From Desulfatiglandales bacterium (GTDB lineage Bacteria; Desulfobacterota; DSM-4660; Desulfatiglandales; Desulfatiglandaceae), in NCBI GenBank assembly GCA_963662465.1, contig OY759599.1, positions 6,112,001 to 6,176,000 of the forward strand: DNA of 64,000 bases, in the 5' to 3' direction. Each line of letters opens with the position of its first letter. The stretch's first letter is position 1. Both the position numbers and the translations under genes were made by a program. The notes under the pieces were generated by a model. That model saw only the letters and a list, made by a program, of their open reading frames with translations, did no database searches and was not told the DNA's origin. Shown piece after piece: positions 1 to 9,114 of the stretch.

Positions 1-61
1 GAATACCGAGGGCCTTTACCAGGGCCAGGAAATAGATGTGATGCTTTTTTCTCACACGTAA
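1..61 (+). CDS. 3' end of a gene entering the window, probably MoeA-type
   Basis: Frame from nt 2 reads NTEGLYQGQEIDVMLFSHT*, resembling a MoeA C-terminus; lies directly upstream of the moeA fusion. Confidence 0.5.
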   Translation, partial: NTEGLYQGQEIDVMLFSHT

Positions 62-72
62 AAGAGGTCAGT

Positions 73-2028
73 ATGAAAAGACAGGTATACCTTTCCATGA
101 AGTCTCTTCATGAGGCTAAAAAAATCTTCTTTTCCAGATTCGGCCCCGATAAAAAGACCGGCGTCGCCAGCGTCAGGGCTGAGGACAGTAATGGGCGCAT
201 CACGGCGGAACCGGTTTTTGCGGTGCATTCAGCCCCATCTTATCATTCCTCGGCGATGGACGGCATTGCCGTAAAGGCTGATCAGACCTATGGCGCCACT
301 GAGCGAGTTCCCGTAACATTGGCCCTGCCAGGGGATGCGACCTGGGTCAATACGGGGCAACCCCTTCCCAAGCCCTTCAATGCCGTCATTATGATCGAAA
401 ATGTGCATTTGATTGATGAGGGGCATGTGGAAATCCGCGCTTCCGCCTACCCCTGGCAGCATGTGCGCAAGGTGGGCGAAGACATTGTAGCGACCCAGCT
501 GCTGTTTCCACAGAACCATCGCATCAGGCCCTATGATATGGGCGCGCTTATCAGCGGCGGGGTTTTTTCCGTCCAGGTGCGCAAACGGCCCCGCGTGGCC
601 ATCATTCCCACCGGAAGCGAACTCATTTGTCATGAAGATATTTCAAATGGCGAAACTCTTGGCGAAGGCCGGATCGTGGAATACAACGCGCAGGTCCTTG
701 CCGGTCTGGTCAGGGAATGCAACGGAGTCCCCTTGATCCACGACATTGTTTCGGATTCGGAAAAAGACATTCAAAAGGTGTTGATTAAATGTGTCAACTC
801 CGAGGCGGATGTGGTCATCATCAATGCCGGGTCATCGGCCGGCAGCAAGGATTTCACGGTTCACGCCATCCGGGAAATAGGGGAGGTTCTGGTTCACGGG
901 GTTGCCATGATGCCGGGAAAGCCGACGATCCTGGGCATTGTAGAAGGCAAACCGGTGATCGGGAACCCCGGTTATGCGGTTTCCGCGGTGCTATCCTTTG
1001 AACAGTTTGTAAAACCCTTGCTTTACGCCCTTCAGGGCGTTTCTCCGCCAAAAAAGCAAACCATTGGCGTTTATCCCACAAGGGATATCCCCTCTAAAAT
1101 GGGTACCGAAGAATTTATTCGCGTCAATATCGGGAAAGTGGGCGAGCGTTATGTGGCAACCCCCCTGGCGCGGGCGGCAGGCGCCATCACGACGCTGACC
1201 CGGGCGGAAGGGATTGTCCGCATACCCGCTCTTTCGGAGGGTATCCGTCAGGGCCGGGAAACCATCGCGGAGCTTCTGGTGGATTCGGAAGACCTCTTAA
1301 ATACGGTGGTCATCATCGGCAGTCACGATATGGCCATTGACATCCTTGGAGACGAAGTCAGGCGAAACAGCGGTTATATGCGCATTTCCTCGGGCAATGT
1401 GGGCAGTCTCGGGGGACTTCTCGCCATTCGGAAGGGAACTTGCCACATGGCCGGTTCGCATCTATTGGATACGGAAACCGGGACGTATAATATTTCCTAT
1501 ATCAGGCGCTATATTCCCGGTATGAACATGACGGTGTTTCACCTGGTTTTGAGAGATCAGGGTTTCATCCTTAAAAAGGGAAATCCAAAGGGCATCAGGG
1601 GTATTGACGACCTTGTCCGGAAAGACGTGGCGTTTGTCAATCGTCAGGCCGGATCCGGAACCCGGATACTTTTTGACTATCAGCTCAGTCTGGCCGGTAT
1701 TTCATCGGAAGCCGTCCAAGGGTATGACCACGAGGAGTTTACCCACATGGCGGTGGCCGTGGATGTCCTGAGCGGGGCGGCAGATTGCGGCATGGGAATC
1801 CATGCGGCGGCAAAGGCGTTGGATTTGGATTTTATCCCCGTTGCACAGGAGCAATATGATCTTATTATGCCGACCCACATGGTGGATCAACCGAACATTC
1901 AGACGGTGTTGAACACCATACGCTCCGACAATTTTCGAAAACGTGTCGCGGCCCTGGGTGGATATGATCCGTCCAAAAGCGGCGAACGTTTCGTGGAGGT
2001 GAAAAGTGGAGAACCTGGAATCGCTTAA
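73..2028 (+). CDS. moeA: Molybdopterin molybdenumtransferase MoeA fused to a C-terminal periplasmic-binding-protein-like domain
   Basis: SAMDGIAV, PTGSEL, GSSAG, PGKP, GNPGY motifs; C-terminal GSHD, GSLGGL, NRQAGSGTR. Confidence 0.92.
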   Translation: MKRQVYLSMKSLHEAKKIFFSRFGPDKKTGVASVRAEDSNGRITAEPVFAVHSAPSYHSSAMDGIAVKADQTYGATERVPVTLALPGDATWVNTGQPLPKPFNAVIMIENVHLIDEGHVEIRASAYPWQHVRKVGEDIVATQLLFPQNHRIRPYDMGALISGGVFSVQVRKRPRVAIIPTGSELICHEDISNGETLGEGRIVEYNAQVLAGLVRECNGVPLIHDIVSDSEKDIQKVLIKCVNSEADVVIINAGSSAGSKDFTVHAIREIGEVLVHGVAMMPGKPTILGIVEGKPVIGNPGYAVSAVLSFEQFVKPLLYALQGVSPPKKQTIGVYPTRDIPSKMGTEEFIRVNIGKVGERYVATPLARAAGAITTLTRAEGIVRIPALSEGIRQGRETIAELLVDSEDLLNTVVIIGSHDMAIDILGDEVRRNSGYMRISSGNVGSLGGLLAIRKGTCHMAGSHLLDTETGTYNISYIRRYIPGMNMTVFHLVLRDQGFILKKGNPKGIRGIDDLVRKDVAFVNRQAGSGTRILFDYQLSLAGISSEAVQGYDHEEFTHMAVAVDVLSGAADCGMGIHAAAKALDLDFIPVAQEQYDLIMPTHMVDQPNIQTVLNTIRSDNFRKRVAALGGYDPSKSGERFVEVKSGEPGIA

Positions 2029-2347
2029 AATTAAAAGCAGGCATTGGATCGTTGACGACCAGGATCGCATCATCATGGGAGAAGGGCGAAAAGAAATCCT
2101 GGAGACCATCGATAAAACGGGATCCATCAACAAAACCGCAAAGATGATGAAAATGAGCTACAAAGGGGTCTGGAGTAAAATCAAGGTGACGGAGCAATAT
2201 CTGGGTAAAAGCATTATTCATTCCGACCGTAGAGACGGCAGCCGGCTGACGACGGAAGGCAAGGTGCTGCTGGAAAAATATCGCCTTTTGAAAACACGTT
2301 GTTTAAAGGAAGACAACCGTTGTTTCAGCGATATTTTCGGCGGATAA
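2006..2347 (+). CDS. ModE-family winged-helix regulator (HTH domain only)
   Basis: GEGRKEILETIDKTGSINKTAKMMKMSYKGVW...GSRLT; molybdenum gene context. Confidence 0.85.
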   Translation: MENLESLKIKSRHWIVDDQDRIIMGEGRKEILETIDKTGSINKTAKMMKMSYKGVWSKIKVTEQYLGKSIIHSDRRDGSRLTTEGKVLLEKYRLLKTRCLKEDNRCFSDIFGG

Positions 2348-2374
2348 TCGTTGATTCCAGGGAGGAGAAAAAAC

Positions 2375-2896
2375 GTGAATGAAATGAACCCGCCCCCCAT
2401 TATTTCAGTGGTGGGCTTTTCGGGGTCGGGAAAAACAACGTTGATGGAGAAACTCATTAGCGAACTGACCCACCGTGGGTACCGGGTGGGCAGCATCAAG
2501 CATGATGTGCATGGGTTTGAAATGGACAAACCGGGAAAAGACAGTTGGCGGCACAAGCAGGCCGGCGCCTGCACCACGCTCATTTCATCCCCTTACCAGA
2601 TCGGTATGGTGATGGATGTCGATCATGACCACCATCCCGACGAACTCATAAAATTTTTCAATAACGTGAATGTTATTCTAACCGAAGGGTATAAACGACA
2701 ACGCCGGCCGAAAGTGGAAATTTTCAGATCTGAAGTTCATGATGAACCACTCTGTACCCATGACGATGATATCGTGGCCATTATGAGCGACATTCCGGTA
2801 AGTATCAAAGTGCCCAGATTTGCACTGGATGATACCAAATCCCTGGTTGACTTTCTGATAGAAAAATTCCATCTGGTTCACAATCCGCATTTATAA
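2375..2896 (+). CDS. mobB: Molybdopterin-guanine dinucleotide biosynthesis protein B
   Basis: GFSGSGKTT, IKHDVHGFEMDKPGKDSWRH, EGYK; GTG start after GGAGGAG. Confidence 0.92.
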   Translation: MNEMNPPPIISVVGFSGSGKTTLMEKLISELTHRGYRVGSIKHDVHGFEMDKPGKDSWRHKQAGACTTLISSPYQIGMVMDVDHDHHPDELIKFFNNVNVILTEGYKRQRRPKVEIFRSEVHDEPLCTHDDDIVAIMSDIPVSIKVPRFALDDTKSLVDFLIEKFHLVHNPHL

Positions 2897-2997
2897 AGAT
2901 TATACTTGAAACCTGATTCCAGGCGCTATAGAACTAAACATTCGTGAATTACGCGGGATTCACCCCCAGACATGAAAATGACATCTACCGCTTTTAA

Positions 2998-3028
2998 GCT
3001 AACGGCTAATTGCTAATCGCTAACAGCT
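2998..3028. repeat. Tandem heptamer (GCTAANN)x4
   Basis: GCTAACG GCTAATT GCTAATC GCTAACA GCT. Confidence 0.7.
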
Positions 3029-3111
3029 GCATTTTCATGGTAAAGCATGACTTATTCGGGCGAAGCCTTGCAACGCATGGCGCCGCATTTACTGAATCAT
3101 GAGGAGAGCCA

Positions 3112-3918
3112 ATGACGAGTATCCCGATAGCCGGTCTCATTCCGGCAGGCATCAGCTTTGACGGCGCCTTCGGCGGCGACATCGTCCAGATGATCCTGCA
3201 AGCCGGACCCATGGTGAAATTTGTTCTGCTAATCCTTTTTTTGTCTTCAATCGGCACATGGGCAATCATTTTTCTGAAATTCAGGTTGCTCAGAAAAGCC
3301 AGAGATGAAACCGATGACTTTCTGGAACTTTTCTATGAATCCAGAGATATCAAAAAGATTTACCGATCGAGCCAGACGTTGACCCTCAGTCCCGTCGCGC
3401 GCCTTTTTAGCGCGGGGTATGGTGAATTTACCCGATTCAGGAAAATGCAGAACAATGACCCGTCCTCGGCATCACAGGATGGGCTTACCGGTCAACAGGA
3501 ATATCCCCTGCATACCCAGCAGACCCTTATGGACAATCTGGAAAGGTCTCTCCGGAAAGCGGAGATTGATCAGAATAAGCGGTTGGAAAAGGCTTTGGGA
3601 TTTCTGGCCACAACGGGAAACACCGCGCCCTTTATCGGTCTGTTTGGAACCGTTTGGGGGATCATGGAATCCTTTCGCGGCATCGGCTTGAAGGGCTCCG
3701 CAAACCTGGCCGTGGTGGCGCCGGGTATTTCGGAAGCCCTTATTGCCACCGCCGCCGGGCTGGCGGCAGCCATTCCCGCCGTGGTGGCTTTCAACTATTT
3801 CACCCAGCGCGTCAACTCCCTGCGCGCCGAAATGGATATTTTCGCCACTGATTTTTTGAGCATGGTGGTGAGGCAGTTTTTCAAAAAACCACCCGTAAAC
3901 AACAAGGTTGAGATCTGA
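3112..3918 (+). CDS. tolQ: TolQ (MotA/TolQ/ExbB family)
   Basis: LATTGNTAPFIGLFGTVWGIM, VAPGISEALIATAAGL; operon order. Confidence 0.93.
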   Translation: MTSIPIAGLIPAGISFDGAFGGDIVQMILQAGPMVKFVLLILFLSSIGTWAIIFLKFRLLRKARDETDDFLELFYESRDIKKIYRSSQTLTLSPVARLFSAGYGEFTRFRKMQNNDPSSASQDGLTGQQEYPLHTQQTLMDNLERSLRKAEIDQNKRLEKALGFLATTGNTAPFIGLFGTVWGIMESFRGIGLKGSANLAVVAPGISEALIATAAGLAAAIPAVVAFNYFTQRVNSLRAEMDIFATDFLSMVVRQFFKKPPVNNKVEI

Positions 3919-3919
3919 T

Positions 3920-4330
3920 ATGGCGTTTAATTCCAACGGGAATAACAGACAATTGATGTCGGAGATCAATGTGACGCCCCTTGTGGATGTGATGCTGGTC
4001 CTGCTGATTATTTTCATGGTTGCCGCCCCCATGATGATACAGGGCGTAGACGTCAACCTTCCGAAGACAGAGGCCAAAAACATTAAAACCTCGGACGAAC
4101 CCCTTATGTTGACGATCAACCGGAAAAAGGAGATTTTTTTGGAAAACCATTCCATTCCGCTGGAAGGCCTTGCAATGAAGGTTCAAAAAATCTTTGAAAA
4201 CAGAAGGAATAAAGAGGTGTTGCTGCGGGCGGACCAGGATGTTCCCTATGGGTTTGTGATTAAGGTAATGGCCGGCGTGAAAAAGGCCGGGATAGAGAAA
4301 CTGGGAATGGTTACCGAACCTGTGGACTGA
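3920..4330 (+). CDS. tolR: TolR
   Basis: SEINVTPLVDVMLVLLIIFMV, LRADQDVPYG. Confidence 0.93.
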   Translation: MAFNSNGNNRQLMSEINVTPLVDVMLVLLIIFMVAAPMMIQGVDVNLPKTEAKNIKTSDEPLMLTINRKKEIFLENHSIPLEGLAMKVQKIFENRRNKEVLLRADQDVPYGFVIKVMAGVKKAGIEKLGMVTEPVD

Positions 4331-4335
4331 TTTCA

Positions 4336-5184
4336 ATGAAAGGCTTACAGGTGAAAACCAGGTTGGATCAATCAAGGGAACCCAGATGGCGCCGGGTGAT
4401 TATTTTATCCCTTGCCCTTCATCTAGTAGTTTTCGCACTGCTCCTGTTTTTTCCCGATCCCACGCCGACTCGGAAGATGAACGGCCCCACGGTTTACGAA
4501 GTGAACCTGGTAGCGCTACCCGCCGTGAAACCAAAATCAGCACCAAAGCCCACGGTGTCGGAAAGGGTCGAAAGAAAGGCATCCACTTCAGTATCAGCTG
4601 CGCCCGCCAAAAGGATCAGTCCACCCATCAGGGAAGAAAAACCTGTCATTATCGGAAAAAGGGTGGTTGAACGAAAAAAAAAGGCCCCCGAAAAATTGCC
4701 AAAACCCAAAAAAGCCCAAATCTCCCCATCCAAACTCATAGACCAGGCGGTCGCAAAAATTAAAAAAAATGTCAGGACCCAAAAGGATGATCGCCGCCTG
4801 GACCGGGCCATTTCCAAAATTCAAACCCGTTTAAATGAATCTGAAACCACCGGCTCAGAAGGAACACCGTTGGAAGGCATTGCCTTTCGCGTATACCAGA
4901 TGGAAGTGGAAGCACGGATTAAAAGCAATTGGCAATATCCGGTTGCCCTGATCAGTCCGGCAAAAAGAAAGGACCTTGCGGCAACGGTGGTCATCAAGGT
5001 CAGCCAGGACGGAACCATATTGAAATCGTGGTTTTTAGACCGGTCAAGCAATGTTGTCTTTGATGGCTCCGTCATGAAGGCGGTGGATCGATCAAATCCG
5101 CTTCCTCCCTTTCCCGAAGGGTACAAGAAAAGTCAAGACGAGATGGAAATCAGATTCAATCTAAGTGAACTGGAAGGAGATTAA
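4336..5184 (+). CDS. tolA: TolA/TonB-like energy transducer
   Basis: N-terminal TM with SLALH, K/P-rich linker, TonB-C-like end (IKSNW, SSNVVFD, PLPPFP); lies between tolR and tolB. Confidence 0.8.
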   Translation: MKGLQVKTRLDQSREPRWRRVIILSLALHLVVFALLLFFPDPTPTRKMNGPTVYEVNLVALPAVKPKSAPKPTVSERVERKASTSVSAAPAKRISPPIREEKPVIIGKRVVERKKKAPEKLPKPKKAQISPSKLIDQAVAKIKKNVRTQKDDRRLDRAISKIQTRLNESETTGSEGTPLEGIAFRVYQMEVEARIKSNWQYPVALISPAKRKDLAATVVIKVSQDGTILKSWFLDRSSNVVFDGSVMKAVDRSNPLPPFPEGYKKSQDEMEIRFNLSELEGD

Positions 5185-6495
5185 ATGAGAAAGGGACGCT
5201 TCCTTTTTGGCTGGCTATTTGCGTGTACACTGCTTTTTTGTTGTTTAGAGGGCATCACCTTCGGCCGTATCTATATCGACGTTAATTCTCCTTCAGTACC
5301 GAAGTTTAATATCGCCATCCCGGATTTCAAAAGTCTGGGTGGGGACGCCAAACACCCGGGCTTGTCGGTCGAGCTGGCCGGTGTTGTCAGCAATGATCTT
5401 GATTTAAGCGGCTATTTCAACCCCCTGGATAAGGCGGCCTTTCTGGAGGGAAAAGACGGTCCCATCAAAGGAAAGGATATCAATTTTAAAGACTGGTCCG
5501 TTATCGGCGCGGAACTCCTTTTGAAAGGCGGATACACCTGTATCAATAATCGCCTGGAGGTTGAAATCAGGCTTTTTGACGTATTCTGGGGTCGCCAGAT
5601 TCTGGGCAAGAGGGCACTGGGAAAGGTTGGCGAATACCGACATCTGATGCATCGGCTCTCAAATGAAATCATTCTCAAACTGACCGGACACGAAGGCATC
5701 TTCTTGACCCGACTGGCCTTTGTGGGAACTGCTACGGGAGAAAGGGAAATCTATGCCTGCGATTACGACGGACACAATGTCAGGCCCTTGACCCGGGACA
5801 AGAGCATCGCCATCCTGCCCAGATGGTCTCCCGACGGAAAAAAAATTGCCTATAATTCCTACAAAAACGGGGGACCCATGCTCTACCTGAGGGATTTGGT
5901 TTCCGGCGATCTCAGGCGCTTGTCCGGTCGGTCGGGATTGAATATCGGGGCGTGCTGGTCCCCGGACGGCAAGGAATTGGCGTTGACCATGAGCCATAAG
6001 GGAAATCCGGATATCTATACCATCAATCTACAGGGAAAGATACTGAACCAGCTTGTGGAACACTGGGGGATTGATGTGTCGCCGGCCTTTTCCCCTGACG
6101 GCAGCAAAATTGCGTTTGTATCCAACCGGTCCGGTTCTCCACAAATTTATCTGCTGGATATTGCTGCGGGAAGAGTGGACAGACTCACCTATGAGGGCAA
6201 ATACAACACGTCCCCTGCCTGGTCCAAACTGAACCGGATCGCCTTTGTCGGCATGACCAACGGAAACTTTGATGTCTTCACCATGGACCCTGACGGCAGC
6301 GGAATCAAAAGAATTACCGCCGATGCGGGCAATAACGAGGACCCCTGCTGGTCCCCGGACGGCAGGTATATCGCTTTCAGCTCCAACAGAACAGGCGAGT
6401 ACCACATCTACATCATGAATGCCAATGGACAGACCCAGAGACGCGTGACCTTTGAAAAAGGAAAACAGACCTCCCCCTCCTGGGGACCTGAGTAA
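5185..6495 (+). CDS. tolB: TolB beta-propeller protein
   Basis: Signal peptide, DLDLSGYF, repeated P(W/F)SPDG motifs. Confidence 0.93.
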   Translation: MRKGRFLFGWLFACTLLFCCLEGITFGRIYIDVNSPSVPKFNIAIPDFKSLGGDAKHPGLSVELAGVVSNDLDLSGYFNPLDKAAFLEGKDGPIKGKDINFKDWSVIGAELLLKGGYTCINNRLEVEIRLFDVFWGRQILGKRALGKVGEYRHLMHRLSNEIILKLTGHEGIFLTRLAFVGTATGEREIYACDYDGHNVRPLTRDKSIAILPRWSPDGKKIAYNSYKNGGPMLYLRDLVSGDLRRLSGRSGLNIGACWSPDGKELALTMSHKGNPDIYTINLQGKILNQLVEHWGIDVSPAFSPDGSKIAFVSNRSGSPQIYLLDIAAGRVDRLTYEGKYNTSPAWSKLNRIAFVGMTNGNFDVFTMDPDGSGIKRITADAGNNEDPCWSPDGRYIAFSSNRTGEYHIYIMNANGQTQRRVTFEKGKQTSPSWGPE

Positions 6496-6500
6496 TCGTT

Positions 6501-6743
6501 CAGGGGTCAACACCTGGTGGTTGTTGGGCAGGTTGTTTCTTATGGGTAAAGAACTCCCCTCCGCCATAATGCTTTACACAGCCAGGAGTATCTGAACGTA
6601 TCTTTTTTTTGGGATGTAGTGGGTACAAACAAGTAGTCGTCATTCTTGAGTGGTGTATTCAACAGCACTACCAACTTGTCAAAAACACTCCCATTGTGGA
6701 ATTTGAAAGCAGATTTGTAATAAATAGCCCCACGGATATTCAT
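6501..6743 (-). pseudogene. Frameshifted small hypothetical gene
   Basis: MNIRGAIYYK...YLFVPTTSQKK, then continues in another frame (KIRSDTPGCVKHYGGGEFF) after an A8 run. Confidence 0.4.
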
Positions 6744-6782
6744 TGGTGAACTCCGGGGGATCCGGTTTTTTTGTGGGAGAAC

Positions 6783-7025
6783 CTACAGGAGTTTAACCAG
6801 GGTGGCAACAATAGCAGCCTGAGCAACCAGCATACCGGCAACCCATTTGATGATTTCAACTTTCGCTTTGGATATTTCAGCCTGGAGATCCGATTTTGTC
6901 GCCAGATCAGATATCAACAGATCTTTCATGGCTTCAGCCTGAATTTCAGCCTGTAGATCCGTAAAACCAGCGGATTTTAACTTTTTAGCATAAGAAAGCG
7001 TATCGAACGTAATGGTGGCGCCCAT
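6783..7025 (-). CDS. DUF1640/CCDC90-like small coiled-coil membrane-anchored protein (copy 1)
   Basis: FDTLSYAKKLKSAGF...QAE...LATKSDL plus C-terminal TM; RBS AAAGGGG. Confidence 0.85.
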   Translation of the reverse strand: MGATITFDTLSYAKKLKSAGFTDLQAEIQAEAMKDLLISDLATKSDLQAEISKAKVEIIKWVAGMLVAQAAIVATLVKLL

Positions 7026-7057
7026 GATGAACCCCTTTCTTGAAACGGATATGACAA

Positions 7058-7086
7058 ATGCTACCATGGGGAAAAGTCAGGGACAA
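7058..7086 (-). promoter_or_regulatory. Sigma70-type promoter of DUF1640 copy 1
   Basis: TTGTCC-N17-TAGCAT with extended TG; conserved upstream of all three copies. Confidence 0.6.
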
Positions 7087-7103
7087 CTTTTATTTGCGGG
7101 GGG

Positions 7104-7837
7104 AGGTGGACGTTTGATAGACTATGGGCGGAGTATAAAGCCCAAAAAACCGTTTATAAAGGCAAGGGTCCAGACCAAAACCGTTATGACAACTATCTCC
7201 AAAAGCCTTTTGGTGGTAAGGAACCCCATGAGATTTTACCGCTTGATGTGGACCGGGTGCGGATGAAGATGTTGAAAGCCGGGAAAAGCCCTCAAACCGT
7301 CAAGTTGACGCTGGCGCTATTGCGGCGGCTTTCCAATTTTGGGATGAAAAAAAGGCTTTGTGATGGGCTTCCCTTCACAATCGAATTGCCACAGGTGAAC
7401 AACATCAAAACCGAGGATGTGTCTCCGGATGAACTGGACGCCCTTCTAAAAGCCATGGATGAAGACGATAACATTCAGGCTGCAAATATTATGCGGATGG
7501 TGCTTTATACCGGCATGAGACGCACAGAACTCTTTAAGCTGAAATGGACGGACATTGACGAAACAAAGGGTTTTATAACGATCAGGAACCCCAAAGGCGG
7601 GCTTGATCAGACCATCCCTTTAAATGATGCGGCAAGGAATCTATTGAAAAAGCATCCCTCCACGGGGAGTGAGTATGTGTTCCCTGGGCGCGGTGGAAAT
7701 CAACGGGTGGATATCCATCATCAAGTCAACCGTATCCGGGACTGGGCAGGGTTGCCCAAAGACTTCCGGGCGCTTCATGGATTGCGCCATGTATTCGCCT
7801 CCATGCTTGCATCTTCCGGAAAAGTTGATCTTTACAC
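7104..7837 (+). pseudogene. Tyrosine integrase, 5' part (N-terminus missing, interrupted by transposon)
   Basis: Frame RWTFDRLWAEYK...YTGMRRTE...HGLRH...VDLYT; no plausible native start. Confidence 0.85.
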
Positions 7838-7844
7838 CTTGGGC

Positions 7845-7887
7845 GCTAACCAAAATGGAACCAGTTTTGCTACTCCAAACGGAACCA
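7845..7887 (+). repeat. Left-end tandem 19-bp repeats, 24-bp period (putative IstA sites)
   Basis: GCTAACCAAAATGGAACCA / GCTACTCCAAACGGAACCA. Confidence 0.8.
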
Positions 7888-8098
7888 GATATTGCGCACT
7901 GGTCTTTTCCTTTTAGAAGGGTTTTCTTGTAAATTTGTTAGAGGTTGCATGAAAGAGTATATCAGATGGTATTTTAAAAATGCTGGTGAGACACGTAGCG
8001 TTCTGGTTGAAGAATCAGTGATGAGGATACCATCAATATGGTGATGGCAGAGAAGAGGGGATTAGATTTTTCGGTTAAGGGCAATGCTTATTGAGGAA

Positions 8099-8296
8099 CT
8101 ATTTGTCTATGTCATAGTCGTCCGGTAAATTCAGGAGGCCTCCCTTCGCCAATTGATCCTCAATCAAATATCCAATTTCCCCGTTTTTTTTCAGCTGTAG
8201 AATCATCCATTTGGGGAGACGAATGGTGAGCAGTTCACGTCTCAAATGTTCCGGTTTCTTTCTTCGGCCGGCGCCTACCCGTTTTCCACCTCTCAT
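8099..8296 (-). CDS. Small basic protein, putative DNA-binding (RHH-like)
   Basis: MRGGKRVGAGRRKK...LTIRLPKWM; GGAG upstream. Confidence 0.55.
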   Translation of the reverse strand: MRGGKRVGAGRRKKPEHLRRELLTIRLPKWMILQLKKNGEIGYLIEDQLAKGGLLNLPDDYDIDK

Positions 8297-8394
8297 TTCA
8301 AGCTCCAAGACAAGGTAATTTCTGATATTCGTGTAACGAGATTCAAACAGACCGGTGATATTCAGACCTCAAAACCGGCCCTTTGGCGAACATC

Positions 8395-9114
8395 TCATTT
8401 TCTGAGGGAAGGACCATCAATATGAATGTTGATGCAGCGATGGTTGAGACGATCCAGCAAGGCATCGACCATGTCCTTTGGTTCAAGCAGCGAATACCAT
8501 TGTTCAGGTTGAAGATTGGTCGTAATAATTGTGGACCGACCGGCTTCATAGCGATCTTTCATGAGTTTAAAAAAGGCGTTCATCTGCTCTTTTTTGAGGG
8601 TCAGGTATCCCAGTTCATCGAGCAGAAGCAGGTCATATCTGCAAAGGGCATTGAGGAGTTTCGGGGTGGACCGATCTGCCAAAGACGCATAGAGCTGATC
8701 CAGCAAATCCTGAACATTATAAAAACGCCCCCGGTACCCGGCAATAATGGCTTGACGAAGGATCCCCACGGCCAATCCCGTTTTGCCGACGCCGGTTTTT
8801 CCATGGAACACGATGTTTTCTCTTCGGCTGATAAAGTCAAGGCCGGACAACGTCATGATCCGGCTCTTCTGTATTCCCGGCTGAAGATCAAACGGAAAGG
8901 AGTTGAGGGTCCATTCCCATGGAAGCTTTGCAATCTGGACCCGATAGATCATGCTGCGCTCCTGCCGGAAACGTAATTCCTCAGCCAGGAGATTGTAGAT
9001 GACCTCGTGAATGGAAAAACCGTTCTTTTCAGCCGAAGCCAACTGTTCTTCGAGAGCCTTCAGCATGCCTTTAAACTTCAAATCAATGAGTAACTGTTCA
9101 ATTTTCTTTTTCAT
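8395..9114 (-). CDS. istB: IS21-family AAA+ helper ATPase IstB
   Basis: GKTGVGKT, LLLDELGY, IITTN, ALLDRL, GPSLR. Confidence 0.93.
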   Translation of the reverse strand: MKKKIEQLLIDLKFKGMLKALEEQLASAEKNGFSIHEVIYNLLAEELRFRQERSMIYRVQIAKLPWEWTLNSFPFDLQPGIQKSRIMTLSGLDFISRRENIVFHGKTGVGKTGLAVGILRQAIIAGYRGRFYNVQDLLDQLYASLADRSTPKLLNALCRYDLLLLDELGYLTLKKEQMNAFFKLMKDRYEAGRSTIITTNLQPEQWYSLLEPKDMVDALLDRLNHRCINIHIDGPSLRK

